From Candidatus Thorarchaeota archaeon (GTDB taxonomy: Archaea > Asgardarchaeota > Thorarchaeia > Thorarchaeales > Thorarchaeaceae), in the NCBI GenBank assembly GCA_003345595.1, contig PRDI01000081.1, positions 1 to 11,244 of the forward strand: 11,244 nucleotides of DNA, written 5' to 3'. Below are positions 7,319-11,244 of this stretch, piece after piece; position 1 is the stretch's first letter; each line of letters opens with the position of its first letter. The position numbers were made by a program, and so were the translations under genes. The notes under the pieces were generated by a model. It made no database searches and was not told the origin of the DNA. It saw only the letters and a program-made list of their open reading frames with translations.

Positions 7319-8707
7319 CTATCGGCCGCGACTCCTCGCCGCATCGTATGCCGAATCCAGCTCTCTCCCCATCTCTGCTGGAATCGCGGTCTTGCCTGTT
7401 ATCTCTCCTTCTTTGCGTCGGATGAAGACGTAGAGCAGCGTGACGTAGACTATGTCAAACGTACGAAGGACCAGTGCGCTGGGGATTGCTGCAAACACGG
7501 TGAAGAACACCGTAATCAGAAGTGTGTTCAGGATATTGCCTGATGTGACGATCCATCCTATTGCTGCACCGCCCACGGCGAAGCCAATGAAGAACATGAC
7601 CGCAAGCACGCCAAAACCCCATCGGACGGCGGTTTCCTTGATCATCACATCGACGAAGTTCTTGCGTACGAGCCCTGCACTCCTCTTGATACCAGCTCTC
7701 GCCCCGATCTGCTCTCCAACCATTGCAGGAATCGTGAAGTAGTTGACAAGAGCCCAAATCCAACCGATGATTCCACCTGCTGCCCTGCCGACCGCCTCTC
7801 CGCCGGCTCCTCCGACTTGCCGACCTGCCCGCTGAAGAGCTATTCTCACGATAGCCACTATGACACTCATCACCGCAAGGGCTGCCAGACCGGCAACTAC
7901 TCCCAGAGATGCTTTTACACCATCTCCCAGACTAGGGTCTTTTCCTCTCATGTAGATGTAGACTATGCCCGATGTGGTACCATAGGCCAGATTGTAGAAA
8001 AAGATGGTTGTGAAGAGGTATAGAACCAAACCCGCTCCAAAGGGCAAGGCCGTTTCGACAGTCCACGGCTGATCGCCAACTAGCACTTCGATCGGTGTGA
8101 ACCGGAGTATGATTGCACCGAACATGAGAGCCGAGACCAGCGTGAACACCATTGTTAGCATGGGTGGCACGAACACTCCTTTCTCATCGAGGCACGTCTG
8201 CCCTGTCAGTTTGATGATTTCACCGGCTCGTCGTATCCTGCCTCTGAAGACAGTGAACAGAAGCAGTGTTATGAAGAGAGTGAAGAGGCCAGGAATCATA
8301 ATCGGCCAGTTATCGATGAGACTGCTCAGCGACAGTGTGCCAGTAGCCAGAAGCACGATCACAATACCCCAAGTCATGAGGTTCATGAAGAGCGCGCCGA
8401 CATAGATGAGTACACCGCCCAGCCTTCTCGCGAGGGCCGAAGCTCCGATTGCCAGAGCTAGACTCAACAAGATCAACGCGCCGAGTGCAATCACAACCGT
8501 TGATATATGGCTTGTCAGATACGATGGCAGACCTATGCTTTGTATGAATGCCATGACCTCAGGACCATACACCAACCACAGTTCCCATAGAGAGTACATG
8601 CCAGCTGCCAAGAAAGCACCGAATACAATCACCAGAGCGGCTATGGCCTTGCCGTGACTGGGGTACTCCTTCTTGTCATAGTACTCTATCAGATCCACGT
8701 TTGCCAC
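7319..8707 (-). CDS. Multi-pass membrane protein (~10 TM), choline transporter-like (CTL/SLC44/Pns1)- or DUF6159-related
   Basis: GTG start with SD GGAGGA. Motifs RIRRAGEIIKLTG..., SLG..., VAIVRIAL, VNYFTIPAM...GIKRSAGLVRKN and FDIVYVTLLYVF parallel CTL-family blocks by eye. CDS is confident; family call is moderate. Confidence 0.75.
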   Translation of the reverse strand: MANVDLIEYYDKKEYPSHGKAIAALVIVFGAFLAAGMYSLWELWLVYGPEVMAFIQSIGLPSYLTSHISTVVIALGALILLSLALAIGASALARRLGGVLIYVGALFMNLMTWGIVIVLLATGTLSLSSLIDNWPIMIPGLFTLFITLLLFTVFRGRIRRAGEIIKLTGQTCLDEKGVFVPPMLTMVFTLVSALMFGAIILRFTPIEVLVGDQPWTVETALPFGAGLVLYLFTTIFFYNLAYGTTSGIVYIYMRGKDPSLGDGVKASLGVVAGLAALAVMSVIVAIVRIALQRAGRQVGGAGGEAVGRAAGGIIGWIWALVNYFTIPAMVGEQIGARAGIKRSAGLVRKNFVDVMIKETAVRWGFGVLAVMFFIGFAVGGAAIGWIVTSGNILNTLLITVFFTVFAAIPSALVLRTFDIVYVTLLYVFIRRKEGEITGKTAIPAEMGRELDSAYDAARSRGR

Positions 8708-8902
8708 CAGATAGTCCTCCTAAGACTCATGCTATTTGCACCGAATAACACTGGAGCTAGTTAAACCTTAGCCCGAATCCCCACAGGACCAATCCCCTCG
8801 CTCTGGTCTTTGCAGTGTTCGTAGAGAGGCGACACCCGTCTGTCCTGGCCGCTTTGCAGAATGCCAACATATTTCAGGAGTGAATGTTGCTTATGGTTGG
8901 GT

Positions 8903-9376
8903 ATGTCCGACAGCTTTCGCCGCGAGTCAGCTCGTTTCATCAGCAACATCAAGACGATAGTGCTTCCTGTCGATGGTAGTAAGAACGCGGATCGTGCGGC
9001 GAATGTTGCATTCGAGATTGCTGAGATGACGAGCGCAAGACTCCTCATAATCCATGTCATTGATTTGGGCACAGTTCAGCAGGTCGCTAGGGCTTCCGGC
9101 TCTGATTCCCTTATGATTCTGCAGCAATACGTGACCTATGGCAACAAGATTCTACAGGAATACAAGTCGGCTGCTCAAGGCTACAAACTGCAAGTCGAGC
9201 TTATTCTTGAAAGAGGTCAGCCCTCAGATAGGATAGTCAATCTGGCCCGGGAAACGAGAGCTGACATGATAATCATGGGTTCCCAAGGCATTGGCGGAGA
9301 GGGCAGGAGCAGAATAGGAAGCATTACCGATTTGGTCGTGCACAAAGCGGGATGCGCAGTCCTAATCATCAAGTAA
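8903..9376 (+). CDS. Universal stress protein (UspA family)
   Basis: IVLPVDGSKNADRA, LLIIHVID, GQPSDRIV...ADMIIMGSQG, IGSITDLVVHKAGCAVLIIK with the G-x2-G-x9-G(S/T)-like ATP-binding motif. ATG 8903 preferred over 8861. Confidence 0.95.
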   Translation: MSDSFRRESARFISNIKTIVLPVDGSKNADRAANVAFEIAEMTSARLLIIHVIDLGTVQQVARASGSDSLMILQQYVTYGNKILQEYKSAAQGYKLQVELILERGQPSDRIVNLARETRADMIIMGSQGIGGEGRSRIGSITDLVVHKAGCAVLIIK

Positions 9377-9643
9377 TGAGCTCATGACCTCTCGATTGGG
9401 TCCACTAAGATCTCGGGCTATCCGAATCCAGCTTCTGATTGATAGCATTTGTAGCCCCTGGGCCGCGTAGATATCAGCTATGTCTTGAGCAAGTCGCTCG
9501 GGTACACCGATTTCGACAAGTCCGCTGAAGAATGTCTTGGCTGCAGTCTTGACCTGCTTTCGTCCTCTTCTCATGACAACGTACGTCCTAGTCATGAGAG
9601 CTGTGCCGCCTGACAGGGCAGACAAGACAATCCTTGCGCTCAT
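9362..9643 (-). CDS. Small hypothetical protein (93 aa), partial paralogue of the upstream gene
   Basis: ATGA start/stop overlap with 9640..9996 (translational coupling); motif FFSGLVEIGVPERLAQDIADIY; hydrophobic N-terminus followed by a basic patch. Confidence 0.75.
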   Translation of the reverse strand: MSARIVLSALSGGTALMTRTYVVMRRGRKQVKTAAKTFFSGLVEIGVPERLAQDIADIYAAQGLQMLSIRSWIRIARDLSGPNREVMSSLLDD

Positions 9644-9996
9644 TCGGTGTCTTCTTCCTCAGCATCAAAGTCCTCGGGGGGTATTCTCTTCTTCTTCCTT
9701 GCCTCACTTCCAACCGAAGTCATGATTTCGCGGAAATCCAATGCCGAAACGTACTTCTTGGTCATTTCTAGGGCCAGGTCATCAGGTATTCCCTGTTCCT
9801 TCAGCTTGGAATAGAAACCGCCAATCGCTTCGGCCATTTTGGACGCGGACTCAGGACTGTAGAAGCTACCGATCAGCCCGGTTATGAGTTTGGGTATGGC
9901 GTCATTGAGGGCTCCGAATATCTCTTTGATTTCTTCCGCATCCGTCTCGGTTTCTAGCTTTCTTCGCTTGTGTCTTTCTGAGTCGTCACTACTCAT
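9640..9996 (-). CDS. Small helical hypothetical protein (118 aa)
   Basis: ATG 9996 with SD GGTGA (10005-10009); amphipathic core IPKLITGLIGSFYSPESASKMAEAIGGFYSKLKEQGIPDDLALEMTKKY; charged termini. Confidence 0.82.
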   Translation of the reverse strand: MSSDDSERHKRRKLETETDAEEIKEIFGALNDAIPKLITGLIGSFYSPESASKMAEAIGGFYSKLKEQGIPDDLALEMTKKYVSALDFREIMTSVGSEARKKKRIPPEDFDAEEEDTE

Positions 9997-10002
9997 GTGA
10001 GT

Positions 10003-10065
10003 TGTCACCAGTATGTCTATTGACTGGTCACAGGATATAGCCATAGTGGACAGAAGTGACCACTA
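10003..10065 (-). promoter_or_regulatory. Inverted-repeat cluster over the RBS and putative promoter of 9640..9996
   Basis: TGTCACCAGT (10003-10012) / ACTGGTCACA (10023-10032) pair at 9/10; a third arm GTGACCA (10056-10062) is complementary to TGGTCAC (10025-10031); TATA-like element at 10035-10039. Confidence 0.45.
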
Positions 10066-10126
10066 GCGTGGCGATTTCACGGTGGCTGGACTGGCTTCTA
10101 TGGCGGAACCAGACAAGGAACGTATG

Positions 10127-10615
10127 CTATGGTTCTACAAGGGCGAAAAAGCGCGCTCTTGTGTCCTCATCTTCGATGACCTTCAAGATGCCTCGCCCTA
10201 CCAGCTCATTGACTCTGTCTCTGATTATTCTTCGTGACGCAGTCCCTCTTTCGCTACGCACGGCTGCTGTGATCTGACTGATATTCAGTGGACGAGAGCC
10301 GTCTAGAACCTGGACTATGCGCCAGCTTATGTCGTCCTTCTTGAGGTCTCCATATCTCGATTCAAGTCGTTCGGCGTGCGTGAATCTACCCATCAGCTTG
10401 ACCATACCATCGTAGAACTCAAAGCCTTCTCTGATGACTTTCGCTGACTGTGTGACCTCTTCGAGTCCTGGTCCCATTCGCTCAATCAGGGCTTCCACTC
10501 GAGCAAGCCTGCTAGATATCTCGCTGAGCCTATCTTGGACCTGGTCGATTGTGAGCTCACGACCCGTAGGCTTCTCTGCCTTCTCCTTGTCGTGAGCATC
10601 GTCTTCTTCCTTCAA
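10127..10615 (-). CDS. Winged helix-turn-helix transcriptional regulator with N-terminal coiled coil
   Basis: C-terminal DISWRIVQVLDGSRPLNISQITAAVRSERGTASRRIIRDRVNELVGRGILKV fits a wHTH pattern; heptad segment VQDRLSEISSRLARVEALI. TTG 10615 with SD-like GGGCGA preferred; GTG 10708 possible. Confidence 0.8.
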   Translation of the reverse strand: MKEEDDAHDKEKAEKPTGRELTIDQVQDRLSEISSRLARVEALIERMGPGLEEVTQSAKVIREGFEFYDGMVKLMGRFTHAERLESRYGDLKKDDISWRIVQVLDGSRPLNISQITAAVRSERGTASRRIIRDRVNELVGRGILKVIEDEDTRARFFALVEP

Positions 10616-10916
10616 GATCCATTCGCCCGTTCTTGCGCCGTACTCTGTCGCATGCCTTGAATGAGTGACAGCTGCCGGGCTAATGAGTATTCTGCATTCT
10701 TCAATCACAGGTCTTATTCTCCCTTAGAAAAGCCTAGTCAGATTCGCGGTGGAATCCAAGACTCGTGATAGATTGTTTGGCCAGGAAAGCTGAACTACAT
10801 GTTGGAGTGACTTTTTGCCATACAGTTAATATGTCGGTGAACGCGCAACGCCAACCGCAGACGTTGGCGTCTGTGTTGGTTCTCGTGTGGCACCTCAATG
10901 TGAGGAGGCGGCAATA

Positions 10917-11244
10917 CTGAACATAAAAGTCGCTTGCACGCTAATGCTATTCCTACTCATGGTACCTGTGGTTCCAGTCATTGTCATACCATTCTCCTCA
11001 ACGGTATCTCCAGACGAAACTGGAATGTCCCTTCCTGACTTTCGCGCCCTGGCAAATACCTTCGGTAAGGACATCCCAATCGTAGTTCGGTTTTCAGAGT
11101 CCCTCTCTCAGGAGAATGTCGCCAGACTCACTTCTATCGGTATAAGGTTCAGCTTCCAAGATCCCGGGCTCAGTTCAGTAGGCGATCTATACCTTCTCAG
11201 AGGAAATTCCGAGAGTCTGGACAGTCTGGCGAAAGAGGGTTTCT
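10917..11244 (+). CDS. 5' part of a secreted protein, truncated by the window; possibly an S8-peptidase-like propeptide region
   Basis: Frame is open from 10830 to the end: LNIKVACTLMLFLLMVPVVPVIVIPFSSTVSPDETG...DIPIVVRFSESLSQENVARLTSIGIRFSF... Signal-peptide-like N-terminus; SD GAGGAGG at 10902-10908. Start uncertain (GTG 10887, CTG 10917, ATG 10944). Not in the ORF track because no stop falls inside the window. Product is a guess. Confidence 0.7.
   Translation, partial: MNIKVACTLMLFLLMVPVVPVIVIPFSSTVSPDETGMSLPDFRALANTFGKDIPIVVRFSESLSQENVARLTSIGIRFSFQDPGLSSVGDLYLLRGNSESLDSLAKEGF

Noticed and set aside
285-10277. Numerous alternative ORFs in the track (e.g. 331..660-, 1334..1741+, 2791..3123-, 4902..5294-, 5448..5801+, 7452..7742+, 8097..8405+, 8761..9072-, 10056..10277+)
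   Set aside because: They are antisense or frame-shifted shadows of better-supported genes, with no motifs or RBS.
1-11244. CRISPR array, transposase, integrase, rRNA
   Set aside because: No regularly spaced repeats, DDE/HUH/tyrosine-recombinase motifs or rRNA signatures seen.

Overview
Archaeal-looking chromosomal window. Evidence: GGTGA/GGAGG-type SD motifs, TATA-like boxes, GTG/TTG starts and gene content. An Asgard/Thorarchaeota-like origin is my tentative inference only. About 12 CDSs: an orphan with an exact 67-aa internal duplication, a membrane-anchored SxxK serine hydrolase, a TMEM175-family channel, a DUF885-like HExxH protein, a small membrane protein, an M29/AmpS-like aminopeptidase, an ICMT/PEMT-family methyltransferase, a multi-TM protein resembling eukaryotic choline-transporter-like (CTL/SLC44) proteins, a universal stress protein, a three-gene minus-strand module (wHTH regulator plus two small uncharacterised proteins sharing a motif, with inverted repeats over the RBS), and the 5' end of a secreted protein running off the window. 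No rRNA, full tRNA, CRISPR array or transposase was seen. Best candidates for undescribed biology are the wHTH plus paralogous-pair module (9362-10615) and the CTL/SLC44-like transporter (7319-8707).
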